Below are positions 1-12,959 of a stretch of 64,000 nucleotides of DNA, piece after piece. Source of the DNA: Octopus sinensis (taxonomy: Eukaryota); assembly GCF_006345805.1 (NCBI RefSeq), contig NW_021833034.1:24754-88753 (forward strand). The letters run 5' to 3'. Position numbers and translations under genes: made by a program. Position 1 is the first letter of the stretch; each line of letters opens with the position of its first letter. The notes beneath the pieces are model-generated. The model was not told the origin of the DNA. It saw only the letters and a program-made list of their open reading frames with translations, and ran no database searches.

Positions 1-344
1 AGATTCCTAACTACTCCCACATTTTGCGGTGCAGTTTAACCAAAACCGGGTATCTTATAGTCGTGATTCATATCGAGCCCTTCTGGGTATTAGCGTGCGT
101 CTATGATGAGTCTACGATTTAAAAAGAAATTTACCATCATTTTTTTCCATTTTAATGCATTTTTTCGCTATTATATAAGGGAAGTAACTCTCTAAAAATG
201 TCTACGATGAGTCAACAATTTAAAAAAATATTTACAATCATTTTTTTTTTTCCATTTTAATGCATTTTTTGGCTATAACTCTCTAAAAATGCTTATATAG
301 TTATTTCCCTTACAAACCCGAGCAACGCCGGGCGATACTGCTAG
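1..344 (+). mobile_element. Non-autonomous Helitron-like element, 3' end
   Basis: Short GC hairpin cccg-a-gc-aac-gc-cggg (317-332), then CTAG (341-344) and a flanking T. This is the canonical Helitron 3' terminus. Internal ~100-bp tandem duplication (~98-290). Confidence 0.7.
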
Positions 345-410
345 TTACTGATAAAAAGACAACAAAAAACAAGCAAGAACGTCTTTATAGTAAAAAAAAT
401 ATGCACGTAC

Positions 411-780
411 CATACCTTAGGTTTTGTTTTCTCTTCATTTTAAATTTCCTCCCTTCGTGTTGAAAACACATTTTCTTAATATCATATTTTATTTTCTTCA
501 AATTAAGGAATCTTTTTCCCAGTGAGTATGCTTTCTCAAGCATGGCATTTTCTTTGTCACTAAACATTCTTATGTTTTCTGGATTATTTTCATCAAAGTA
601 AGACCATTGTGCAATGTCTTTAAAAATGATTTCCTCATCAGCCTCTTTGTATTCCATTAATAATGATTGGACATCAAGTTTAGCATTTTTTACATGAGAA
701 TGTCTGCCATGAATTTCAATTTTGTCCCTGATAGAAATCTGGACTTCATGATCTGTACCAATACTCTTTAAATTCGGCTT
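411..780 (-). CDS. PARP14: Macro-PARP (PARP14-like) exon F: KH-like segment plus WWE domain
   Basis: Acceptor ttttcag at 781, phase 0. Reads KPNLKSIGTDHEVQISIRDKIEIHGRHSHVKNAKLDVQSLLMEYKEADEEIIFKDIAQWSYFDENNPENIRMFSDKENAMLEKAYSLGKR..YDIKKMCFQHEG..KMKR, a WWE-like pattern. Donor is either GTATGG (exon end 416) or GTACGT (exon end 411). Family-level call; orthology not shown. Confidence 0.8.
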
Positions 781-1859
781 CTGAAAAGATAAAATAAAAA
801 ACCAAATTAATTCTAGAAATGATACAGATCATTGTCATCATCGTTATCATCATCATATAAAGTTTGCTTTTTTTTTATGCTAGCATAGAGTGGACAGTTT
901 GAGAGGCTCTGGCAAGCCACAGGGCTATGGTGATCTCCAGTCGTCTGTTGTGGCATAGAGTCTGTGGCTGGATGCCGTTCCTAATACCCACCACTTTACA
1001 GAGAAAGGCACTGGGTACTTTTTCTTTCTTGACCCACCAGCACAAGTGAGGTTGTCAAGTAACTTGCAAGGTAGAAAGAGAGAAGAATGAAGAAAGGAAA
1101 AACTCCTGATATGAAGTGAGGGACGTGGGCGGGGGAGGTGAGTATTGGAGGGAAGAAGGAAGTGGGTTTATGCTAAAGCTTAAAGTATGACTGGGGGAGA
1201 AGCATTGATGTTTTGCTACAGAGGGGAATACATGGGTACCACACATTATCTAGGGGTGGCTGGGGGTAGTTGGGAGGAGATGATAGTGATGCAGTGATAG
1301 AGCAGACTCTTAGGGGACAGGAAGAGGAATATAGGAGAGGAGAGAGAGGTTCAGGGAAGGAAGGGGTTCTTGTATATGTGAGGGGAGAGTGGCTGGTGGT
1401 TAGAAATGTGGGGTGGGTAGGAAAGAGAAGGTTCAGTTGATAGGGAATGTTTGTATGGTAGAGGGGGGGTTAGGTGAGAGACAGACCAAAAGATTGATGG
1501 GGGGAGGGCAGTGGTGTGCAATGTTTAGGAATGGAAAATAGGGAGATGTAGCAGTATCTACGGGGTGGCTAGAGTGAGTGGGGTGTGATGGCATAAATGA
1601 GAGGGTGCTGAGGGTGAAAGCAGATAGGTGAGATGTCTTAATGAAATGGAATGGAATGTGGCAAAGGAGAGAGAAAAACTAAAGGCAAAGAAAAGTGATT
1701 GGTGAAGTAGCATGGGAGGAGGAGGAGGAGGAGGAGGAGGATAATATGTGGAGTGATGGAGGGCTGGGTGTTGGGAGAATGCTTGATGGGGCAGGATGGG
1801 TTACAATCATAACAAGAATACTTTCTAGACATCATTTTTGCTGTGTTGGATGATGAGTC

Positions 1860-2274
1860 TTTTCAAACACAGTGAATCACTTGTCATCTGAGTTCTTTAT
1901 CATCTCCTCTGTGAGGCTCAACATCTTGAGATCAGCCTTCACTATTTCCTCTCATGTCCTCCTGGGCCTCCCTTTTTCATAAATTCCACCCACTTTGAGT
2001 GACTAGCACTTGTTCGTGCAGCTGTCCCCCTCCATAAGCATCACATGACCAAACTAACACAATAATCTCTTCTACACATCACATTTGATTCTTCTGGCAC
2101 TTAACTTTTCTTTCAAGACTATAGCACTTTGTTGTATATGCACACTGATGTTGTACATCCTCCAGAGCATGCTAGTTTCAGTTCTCTTTGATTTTCACAT
2201 CACCATTTGTAGGCCACATCTCACTACTTTGTTGTATTGTTTTTCAAACACATGCATCATACAACCTGCCTTTT

Positions 2275-2362
<88 letters not shown>

Positions 2363-3200
2363 AAGAGAAAGAGAAAGTAAAGAGTTCTTTCATAGCCAAC
2401 AGAGGTAATAACTCCCTGAATTTTCTCCATCCAGTTCTTATTCTAGCAACTATACTTTCAGTACATCATTTCTTCTAAGGAGTTCCCAAGGTATTTGAGA
2501 AAATCTATTTCCTATTGTCTCCTTAGTATCTTCCACATACAATCACTTCTTCCTCTTTTAGCTTCCCTGTGATTCCACTGCACTACTTATGCATCCATAG
2601 TTTGCACTGGGTACTCAGAACAGAATTCCTGCCTACACATTTCCCATACGTCAAGTGAGACTTGTGGGCAGTGGAGTCTTGTCTGCTTTCCTGCTTCTAT
2701 AGAACTTTGGTCTTGGCTAAATTAATCTTAAGCAACTTCAATTCTAAAGTTTTCGTCCACACCTGGAATCTCTTTTCTAATTCTACAATAGATTCTGCCT
2801 TGAGAATGATGTCATCAGCATAGACTAGCTCCCAAGGGCACCCAGTTTAAATTCTTCTGCTATGTTATGAAGAGTAATGATGGATAAGGGAGGACTGATA
2901 ACCGAGTCCTGTTGCACTCCTACCTGTAACCTAAATTCATTACTGTACTCATGGACAACGCTCACCTTATTGATTGCACTCCTGTATATGGCTTGTATGT
3001 CTCTCACAAGCCATTAATCAACTTCTAGCTTCCTCAGAGTCTACCTCATCATACAGCAGAGAACCAGTGAAAGGCTTTCTCCAGGTCAACAAATACCAAG
3101 TACCATTCACTGAATGTGACATCTTCTCGTATAGTCTGATTCACAGCATTAGGTCATAGCTGACTCCACCGGATACTTTCAGCATCCCAACTAATTCGTG
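1860..3200 (-). mobile_element. Decayed RTE-clade LINE fragment
   Basis: RT-like peptide (EFRLQVGVQQDSVISPPL..) matching the other RTE copies. Interrupted by (AG)n at ~2277-2375. Confidence 0.7.
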
Positions 3201-3709
3201 ATGGATCAAGGACTTTCTCTATTTTCATACCCTTTTAAGCTGTATCTGTCATACTGCTGTCAACTTGGGTGGCTGGTCCCTCTGTTGGGTCCATATTGGG
3301 AAAATTCTCTTTCTCCCAGTCATTCTCTACATTTCATAGCAGCACTGGCATCATACCTCTTTATTCTTTTCAGGATCATTAAGTGCAAGCATACCACTAA
3401 CCATCTGCACAATATTTTGATTTCCTATGATACTCTCTCTTGAAGTCCAGAATATCTCACATCTCCAATTTTCATATTGTACAACATTGGACAGCAGTCA
3501 AGTTATGAAATATTATCTTCTTATTTGAAATATTCTAAATCATTCTAAATTCTAAATCATCTGAAATATTTTTTAAATTAGCCAAACAATTTCTTCTTCA
3601 GATTCTCTTAAAATGTATTTTCTGGTCAAAAACACAGATCCATCTGCAAAATATCTCTCTCAAATTTAGGTATTTTATACCTACTAATAAGTATTCCTTT
3701 TCCAAGAAA

Positions 3710-4715
3710 TGAGAGGTGCCCCTACATGGCTGCTTGTTTTCGCGGTGCAAAACCTCCACCGTTACAGGAAGTCCTAAATTTTCTCATTCTTGTTGTCTCC
3801 CATGTACACTTCAAAGTCTTACGCCACCCCCACCCCCTTCCATAAAAGGTAGTGGTCATTCATTGCAAAATATGTTAGTGTAGTGTACGCGGTTTGATCT
3901 TAAGTTTTATTGTTTGTCTATGAATCCTGCCAAACGCGAGTTTTCTTTTCAGGTTCATGAAGCTACTAGGGCCAATACCGCCCACACCCTCAGGGTTGTC
4001 ACCCTTAACGTTGGCACACTGAAAGGCAGGTCTGGCGAGATCGTTGAATTGCTTGAACAGAGGTGTGTTGATATATGCTGCATTCAAGAAGTGAGGTGGA
4101 GAGGAGGTTCTGCTAGGTTCCTCTCAGGCAAAGGACAGAGGTACAAGATTTTCTGGGCTGGGAATACTGACGGGGTCGGGGGTGTGGGTATACTTATCAC
4201 CGAAAAATGGGTAGATAAGGTAATCGAGGTAGTCAGAGTATGTGGCAGAATACTTAAGATTAGATAATTGCTTCATCATAGTTTAGCAACCATTATATCG
4301 GCCTATGCCTCTCAACCAGGGCTACCCGATGGACAGAAAGACCAATTCTATGACACCCTACTGCAGACCACCTCATTGACGAACGACAGGGACCTTCTCT
4401 TTGTGGCTGGTGACTTCAATGGGCATGTTGGACGACATGCTGGGGGCTTCCATGGTGTACATGGAGGCTACGGTTATGGTTCCCGCAACGAGGAGGGAAC
4501 CAGGCTGCTGGAGTTCTGCGATGCGAATAGTCTTATGGTTTGCAACACTAACTTCAGGAAACCTACAAGCCACCTGGTCACCTACCGATCGGGCCGACAT
4601 ACTAGCCAATCGACTACATCCTTGCCAGAAAAAGGGAAAGATGGCTGCTTATAAATGCCAAAACCTTCCCAGGCGAAGAATGTACCCCACAACATTGACT
4701 GGTAGTTAGTGACTT
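3710..4715 (+). mobile_element. RTE-clade LINE 5' part (APE endonuclease)
   Basis: TLNVGTLKGR..CCIQEVRWRG..VAGDFNGHVG..NEEGTRLLEFC..DYIL is an APE domain of RTE/BovB type, with frameshifts. Confidence 0.85.
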
Positions 4716-4965
4716 CCAAATATACTGTTACCATTCATAATAGCTCTTAAACAATTGTCTACAGCTTCCAAAGCATAAACTGGTATCATTGAAGCTTCGT
4801 CAATACTGAAGACTTTTACTTGCCTAAGAATGTTTCCTTGATCAGAATTTGGTGGAACATTGCACACATTTCACTCAAAGGAAATGGAAGCTTGAATATA
4901 CTGTGAAGATTTACCACTACCTTGCAAAAGAGTTGTAGCAACGCTAGTACAGAAGCCAAGGGAAA
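4716..4965 (-). mobile_element. PIF1-type helicase relic (Helitron RepHel-like)
   Basis: Manual minus-strand translation with frameshifts: ..VATTLLQG..LHSIFKLPFPLSE..CNVPPNSDQGNILRQVKVFSIDEASMIPVYALEAVDNCLRAIMNGNSIFG, matching PIF1 motifs Ia-II. Confidence 0.7.
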
Positions 4966-5022
4966 TAACTTGAATTTAATCCTGACTTATCTCCCTTAGC
5001 AGGTGTAATAATATGGAGATAA

Positions 5023-5055
<33 letters not shown>

Positions 5056-5089
5056 AAATAAGAACCCTGTATTGTTGTGGACAACTTAC

Positions 5090-5271
5090 TCGAGATTCTG
5101 TCAAGTCCACATCAAATGGTATTTTCTCAGTTGTTAATAGAGAATCGTACTCCTTTTTAACAGTTTCTATAGCATTGTCAAGATTTTGGTATTCAGCAAA
5201 GAATTTCAATGTGACACCAACGTCTTTTTGACCAGCAGAGACATTATCTTCTATTTCTTCATCTTCATCAT
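5090..5271 (-). CDS. PARP14: Macro-PARP exon E (acidic linker / KH-like region)
   Basis: Acceptor ctatttcag, donor gtaagt, 182 nt, phase 1->0, open frame (D)DEDEEIEDNVSAGQKDVGVTLKFFAEYQNLDNAIETVKKEYDSLLTTEKIPFDVDLTESR. Phases match exons D and F. Confidence 0.8.
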
Positions 5272-5639
5272 CTGAAATAGAAGAAATATTTATTTTGTCA
5301 ATGAAAAATAACCAAACAAGCAGAAGATTTCTTATGGTGCAGCTTCAAGATTAAATAATAATTCAAGTGTTTCCTGTTTTTCTGTTCAGTGAAGAGCTAT
5401 CGGTTCTTGAAATAATGAAGTTAACCTGAAAAAGACTATCATCTTATCCCTGTGGGGAGTGATAACAACTGCTCTTTAATTATTGCTATACATCACCATC
5501 TAGTACATCACTGCTACCATCTTGGGACTCTTGAATAGTGAATGATGTTAAGTGTTGTTTAATTATTTCTTCTTCCTTAGTACTCAGATTGAAAATCTCT
5601 CTAATTAATGATAAATATTTAGAGAAACCCTAAGAAAAT

Positions 5640-5945
5640 GGATCTTTTGTGTTGCATTCAACTAAATTTGAATGGGCCTCACAGAGGCAATAACCAAGAC
5701 CTTTGGCATTATGTCATGCTTGAGAAGAAGACCCATCAAGCTAATGGCACCCGTGCCAGTTGCACATAAAAGCACCCATTACACTCTTGGAGTGGTTGGC
5801 ATTAGGAAGGGCATCCAGCCATAGAAAACCATGCCAAATCAGATTGGAGTCTGGTGCAGCCTTCCAGCATGCCAGCTCAGTCAAGCCGTCCAACCCATGC
5901 CAGCATGGACAACAGATGTTAAATGATGATGATGATGATGATGAT
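5640..5945 (+). mobile_element. RTE 3' end / RTE-tailed short element
   Basis: Shared 3' sequence gagtggttggcattaggaagggcatccagc..aacccatgccagcatgg ending in (GAT)n. The same tail occurs at ~835-1010 (-), 15838-16116, 21600-22010, 29200-29611 and 46760-47295 (-). Confidence 0.75.
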
Positions 5946-5982
5946 AGTGATAATACAGAATTTACTAAAATTACTAAGCTGG

Positions 5983-6588
5983 TGTAACAAACTAGTGAAT
6001 ATCTTCTCTGGACCTTTTGGGGGTGCGAGAAGCAATCACTTTCCGTTGCTTTAATAATCCAGATTCTCTACCAGTCAGAAACAACAAGACGCAGACATAA
6101 ATAATATATATATACTTTATTCTCTTATGACAGTAACAAATAAGTGGTATATCTGGGTATCCCTTTGGTATAGATGTGTCAGAGCTGAACTATATCGCTG
6201 TAGAATCTACAGTGTTCAAATGCTAACGACACTGGTCAAAGATGGCGTCCGGAAAGAAGAAGATGATGTTGTCTGCAACAATTCAGGTTAAAAGTCTTTT
6301 GGTAAAGCTGCTGCTATGTCAAGTTCGGACAGAGAGAAAGAATTTCACGTCTGTTGCCTTCAGTCGCTTTTGTCTCAAGTCAATGACTGCTGCTGGACGC
6401 TAGTGGTCAACGTCCTACGATTCCCCTGCCTCGGCTAACTGCCACGTAGGCAAAAGGGTCCTTCTTTCGGGGCTTCGCGCATGCGCGAGAGGGCCCTTCC
6501 TCTCTCTGCCCATCAGAAGGCACAAACTCCGCACGCGCGAAACAGGAATGGACGGTGCGCGCGCGCGCCGCTGTATACCGTCACTACA
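5983..6588 (-). mobile_element. Solo LTR (Gypsy-type)
   Basis: TGT..ACA termini with a perfect 4-bp TSD CTGG (5979-5982 / 6589-6592). AATAAA on the minus strand near 6120. CpG-rich. Confidence 0.75.
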
Positions 6589-7276
6589 CTGGTAACTGGA
6601 GCATAAATTAACAGCAATAGTAATAATGATAAGAAAGGAAATAACAATGTCAGATGCATTTTGAAGCAGTCAAGATAAAAAACACAGATGAACATTGCCT
6701 TAATTCAGGTTGTGAGAGACCTGAATTTACACAGAAACTCTAGTGATAACAAATGAGGCTAGACCTTTAAGGGAAGGCTTCTCACTCAGCAGTGGCTCAA
6801 GAAGGAAATGGGGGCAATGGTTACAGGAAACGCATGTTAATGCTTTGGCTGAAAAAATGTATGTTTGAAGTAACAGAGCAGAGACTAGTGAACCAAGCTA
6901 ATGCTATTAGGAGAAGAAGTGGATGACAGAATTGGCGATGGAAAAGATCACAAGACAACAAAAAAGAGAGAGGTCAAGAATTAGAACGGCTAAACAACAT
7001 CAGTGATACAGTTCAAGCAAATGAAGAGCCTAGAAGACAAAACAATAACTGATCAGGAAAAGAAACCTGACACCAGCAACATAAGTGAGGAAGATGAGCA
7101 GATTTTAAATAAGTTGAAGGAAGTAATGGGTAAAGAAGACAGGAAAAAGATTACCAGCATTAAGAGGAAGTTGCTAGATGTTACCAGAAAAGTATGTTCT
7201 GTTATCAGTAGGATAGGTACTAAAAATATAGTAGACACTAACTTATTGATCTCTGCAGGACGTGGGGTAGTAGTTA

Positions 7277-10200
7277 TGTTGTGGTGAATAGAGAGTAACA
7301 CCCCTGTGGGATTGAAAGTAGATTCATAAAAGAGTAACGTACTTCATTGAGAGGCAGAAGGCATTTGGAGTCTGACGTTGAAGTATTAGTAGTGTGTCAT
7401 GTGAATACATTGCTTTTGCCCAGCTTCCATTTTAATCCTATATCCAAACAACAAGAATATAAAAGTGATGATGAGGTGTTTGAAGCTTGCATTCAGACGC
7501 TCAAATTTTTTGTACGAAAAAATCGTTAACATGGAGGACTTATTGGCCTACATAGTGCAGTTGCAAAAGCAGCAACAACAACAAAACCAACAGTTGGTGC
7601 AAGTAATATTCAAGATATCCAAAAGTATGTCATAGTCATTGTCAGCAGACAATGGAGTAAACTGAACTGGAGGAGAGTTCAGTTATAACTCAGAAGAAGA
7701 AGGAACAACATTTTCTGCACATTTTTGAAGAGACGAAGAAATCTTGAACAAGAACATCAAAACTGGACTGACAAGAAAGAAGTGGGACCACTTTTAAGAA
7801 AGTTATCCCCTGCTGAAGAATCAAGCTGAGATTTGTTTTGAGGAAACAAATTTTATTGAAAATTTTCAATGAAATGAGTTCCCGGTTCAATACTCACTGG
7901 CAGTATTTAAATTTGGTTGCGAAATATGATGGAAATTTCGTCACCTATGGTGGGGTTGTTAACAGAGAATGTGAAAAATTCAAATTAAATAAACTGACCT
8001 CAGACATGTTCAAATGTCTAATTTTCGTTCTAGGGCTAACCGAAAGCAAAGATGCAGGTACATATTCTCAGATATTAACAAAATTAGAACAGAACCAAAA
8101 TTAACTCTACAGGCAGTAGCAGAAGGATGTGAGAGAATTATGAATTTAAGGCATGATACTGATGTAAGTGAAGAAAAGATTGCTCTTATATTTATGCATG
8201 CCAACCTGTAAAGGATTAGAAAAAAGAAAAGAAAAAAATATATCAAGATTGAATGCTATGGGCCATGCTATGGTGCAAAGGTTTACATTTTAAATGTAAT
8301 TGACCATTCCAAAAAGTAAAAAACATTTTCAGTGTGGAAAAATTGGACATAAAAGCTCACATTGTAGAGTGAAACAAAAACAAAGGCTGAATGAAAAAAA
8401 TTCTGTCAAGAAAGTATTCATTATCATCATTGTCATCATTTAACGTCCATTGTTCAGGCTGGCATGGGTTGGACGGTCTGACCAGGGATGGTAAGCTGGA
8501 AGGCTGCACTAGGCTCCAGTCTGATTTGGAGTGGTTTTCTATGGCTGGTTGCCCTTCCTAATGCCAACCAATCCAAGAGTGTAATGAGTGCTTTTACATG
8601 CCATCAGCATGAGTGCCATTTGCATGACAGTGGAGTGTGTTTACATTCCACCGGCACAGGTGCAAATTTATGTGACACTGGTATAGCTATGACTGCAGTT
8701 TTACTTGGCTTCATGGGTCTTCTGCTCAAGCATAACATAATGCCAAAGTTCTTGGTCATTGCCACCATGAGGCCCAACACTTGAAAAGAACTCAACCACT
8801 TTGCCTCCATGAGGCACAACGTTCAAAAAATGTTCATTACTTGCCACCAGCATAGGTGCACTTGGCTTGATGGGTCCTCTCAAGTACAGCACATCACCAA
8901 AGGTCTCGGTCACTAGACATTGCCTCTGTAAGGCTCAAAAATTGTGCTTCACCACATCGTCCCATATCTTCCTGGGTCTACCTTTACTATGGGTTCCCTC
9001 AGCATTTACAGATTGGCATTTCTTTACACAGCTGTCCTCACTCATATGCATCACATGACCATACCAGCACAGCCGTCTCTCTTGCACACCACATCTGATG
9101 CCTCTCATGACTGACTTTTCTCTCAAGATGCTTACACTCTGCGAAACATGCACACTGACATTGCACAACAGCAAAGCATACTGGCTTCATTTCTTTCAAT
9201 CCTACGCATCTCCTCAGCTGTCACAGCCCATGTTTCACTGCCATGCAGCATAGCTGTTCACACACAGGTTTCATACAATCTGCCTTTCACTCTGAGAGAG
9301 AGAGAGGCCTTTGTTGATAGCAGGGGTAGGAGCTCCCTGAACTTTGCCCAGCCTATTCTTATTCTCACAATATACTCTCAGAGCATCCATTTCTGCTACT
9401 AACTTGGTCACCTAGGTAATGGAAGCTATCTACTACCTCTAGCTTGCCCCACTGGCAGTGATGGAGTCTATTTTCTGCATATTTTCAGCGTTATTGTACC
9501 TATGTACCTTCCACATACGAAAGCTACTTTACTTGTTAACCTTTTATGCATCTTTTATGTTGTGTGTCCAAAGCTTACACTGGGTGCATCTTATGCAGTT
9601 TCTACCTACGCCTTTTCTATAGGTCGGGCAGGTCTGTCTACCTGAGGAGATTTGTGATTTGTCTGCCTTCCTACTTACTATGACTTTGATCCTAGACCTT
9701 GCTTCCATACCTGGAACTTCTCTAGTTCAGTGATTTAGCTATAAGAGTAAGATCATTAGCATAGAGGAGCTCCCAGGTGCAACTTGTCTTGAATTCCTTT
9801 GTTATTGCGTGGAGGACTATAATGAACAAGAGGGGGCTGATGACTGATCCTTGTTGAACCCCTACTTGTACCCTCAATTCTTCACTGTACTCATTGCCAA
9901 CCCTCACCTTACTGGTAGTGTCCTTGGACAAGGCTTCTATGGCTCTCACCAGCCACTCACCTATCCCTAGTTTCTGCATTAACCACCAGATAAGGGATTA
10001 GGGGACCCTGTCAAAAGCTTTCTCCAAGTCAACAAAAGCCAAGAACAGAGGTTTATCTTTGGTTAGGTATTTCTCCTGCAGCTGCCTTATCAGAAATATA
10101 GCATCAGGGGTGCTTCTACCTTGCACAAAACCAAACTGCATCTCATCTAGGCTAATTCTCTCCCTAATTAATTGTGATATGACTCTCTATGCCTTTCATC

Positions 10201-12955
10201 ATCACTGAGCCAACAATTGATAGCTCTGTAATTATTCATCTAGGGCATCGCCTTTACCTTTGTAGCAGTTGACTATAGTGTTATTACACCAGTCAATGGG
10301 TATGACTTCTTCGTGAACCACCTGATTGACTATATGAGTGATTAGACCATAACCCACACTGCCAGATATTTTAAGCATCTCACCAGTGATTCCTGAATGG
10401 CTGGGATGTTTTCCCTACCTTCATATCTTTAATTGCTTTATATACTATGTTGATTCGCATAGCTGGCCCTCAGTTGTTGGGTCAATATTGCCAGACTCTC
10501 TTCCTCCCATTCATTCTCCACATTCAGCAGTCTTTCCTAATAACATCGCCAAGCCTCTTTCTTTGCAGAATCATTAAAAGCTAGTGCACCATCATCTATG
10601 CAGACACATTTTTCTCCTGTGACATCACAATTTTCTCTCACACACCATCTTGCAATCCAAAACACTTCAGTTCTTTGGTCCTCATCACGCTGAACATAAG
10701 CAAATGTCTTCTTTTCTGCTTCTCCCTTGGCTAGATATACCTGTCTCCTAGCTATCTGATACAGTTCCCTGCTACCCAACACTTCCAGACCTGTTTCTTT
10801 GCTCCAATAGCCCTATCTAGAGTATTGTTCCACCACCATGTTACCCTAGGTCTGGAAGGGACTTGCACCAGCCACAGATTTGGTCTGTGGCACTCAGCAA
10901 GCTGTCTCACAGGAATTCCCAGCTGCCTTCTGTGTCACAGAACTGTAGCTCTTCCTCCCTATCATCAAATTTCTCAATTAGGATGTCCCTAAATCTCTGA
11001 CCATGTGAAGGGTTCTTAAGCTTCCAAGTCCTTCTTTTCCACATTGGTCTGCTTCTTGGCATCCTTCTGGCCTGGAGTCTAAAGTCACTAATGACTAGTC
11101 TATGCTGGAGGGTACATTCTTCACCAGGGAGGGTCTTTGTATTTAAGAGCAACCATGCATCCTGTTATCTGGTGAGAATGAAATTGATCTAGCTAGCAGA
11201 GTCACCTGACTGATAGGTTATTGAATGACTGACTGGCTTCCTGAAATTGATGATGTAGATCAAAAGGTTATTTGCATCACAGAACTTCAGGAGCCTAGTT
11301 CCCTCTTCATTTCAGGAACTAATACTATGGCCCCCATGAACACCATGGAAGATACCAGGATGCCATCCAACATGCCTGTTGAAATCCCCAGCCACAAAGA
11401 TGAGATCATTGTCGTTCGTCCTTGAGGTAGCCTGCAGCGAGGCTCAGAAATTAAAATTTGTGTCCATAAAATTGAATAATGTGAACATCATGTTACAACT
11501 GGATACAAGCAGTGATATCATGATAATTAACACAGATACGTGAAGGAAAATCAGGAAGCCTAGACTGAAGGAAACTTTGAAAGTTGCTTGTTGTGTTTCA
11601 GGAAAAAAATTAATTTTTAAGGGTGAAATGATAAGTGATGTTATCTTTCGTGGAAAAACCTTAAAAGCCAAACGTTTTATGCTGAATAATACAAAAAATT
11701 TATTTAGAACAGACTGCATGGAATTATTTGAATTATAGGACCTCTCCATAATTTTTTCTGTAAAACGTGAATGGTTCTTTCTGCCAGTACAAATAAAGTG
11801 TCAGACAAATTATAAGAAATGATTAAAAAGGAATTTTCCCAAAGTTTTTTCTAATCAGTTAGGTGCTTGCACCAAAACAAAGGCTAAGTTTGATGTAAAC
11901 GAAAACATTTCTCAGTATTTAAAGCAAAATGAACTGAACCCTTCACAACAAGTCAACAAAGAATTAAATAGACTTGAAAAACTTGGGGTTATTGAAAAAA
12001 TTTATTACATTCAATGGCATCACCAACAGTTTATGCGAATAAAAAAAAAATAACAAAATCTGTGTATGTGCTGATTTTTCAACAGAGTTAAAGGAATGTT
12101 TGATGCTATATAATTACCTGTTACCAAGTCCAGAAGAAATTTTGTGATGTTGAATGGAGGAAAATATTTTTCAAAGTTGGACCTATCTGAAGCATATTTG
12201 CAGGTAAAAGTTGATGAAGAATGTTCAAAATTATTAACAATAATTACCCATAAAGTATTATACATATTTAATCGACTTCCTTTTGGCATAAAGGTAGCAC
12301 CAGACATTTTCCAACAAGTTATGGACACTACACTTGCAGATTCATATTTCACTACAGCTTACCTTGTTGACATGCTCATAAAAAGCGAATTTTGTGCTCA
12401 GCAAGATGAGCATGTTAAAAAGATCATCCCACAAAATAAAAGATTAAAGCTCAGCGAGGAAAAGTGTGAATCTTTTATGCCAAGAATAAAATATCTAGAG
12501 CAGATTATTGATGAAAATGTATGTAGACCAGATCCATTAAGGGTGAGTGCAATAAAAAATATTACAAGCATTTTGGGGGCTTGCAAATTGCTACCAGGTA
12601 TACATACTGAATATGCATGATTTAAGAGCACTCCTGAATAACTTGTTAAAAAAGGCATTAAGTGGAATTGGCAAGACATGTGCCAAAAAGCTTTTGAAGA
12701 AATTAAAAACATTCTAATGTCAGAATTGTTGTTATCACGTTTTGACTCAAACTTAGAAATAGTAATGGTATCAGACGATCGTGACAGTGGTATTGGAGCT
12801 GTGATTTTACACAAAAATGAAGAGTGTAGCCTGAAAGCTGTAGCTCATGCTTCACATTCCTTATTGCCAGGTAAGAAAAGTTACTGTCAGATAGAGAAGG
12901 AAGGATCAGCTATCATATTTTCAGTAAGGAAATTCCATAAATTTATACATCTATT
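7277..12955 (+). mobile_element. Gypsy LTR retrotransposon (K02A2.6/Mag-like), 5' LTR-gag-PR-RT-RNaseH, decayed
   Basis: LTR begins TGTTGTGG at 7277 and ends ~7453. Gag knuckle remnant FQCGKIGHKSSHC (~8330), protease LQLDTSSD (~11495), RT LDLSEAYLQ..RLPFGIK..AYLVDML, RNaseH DSGIGAVI..SYCQIEKEGSAIIF. Split by an RTE at ~8420-11440. Confidence 0.85.
8420..11440 (-). mobile_element. RTE-clade LINE (5'-truncated) nested in the Gypsy element
   Basis: APE end, RT (VGVQQGSVISPLLF..LLYAND) and the 3' UTR with degenerate (GAT)n tail, all on the minus strand. Confidence 0.85.
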
Positions 12956-12959
12956 AGTC

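Noticed and set aside
1075-1830. G/A-rich tract with G-quadruplex potential
   Set aside because: Low-complexity, decayed repeat-like sequence with no regular G-run pattern or other support for function.
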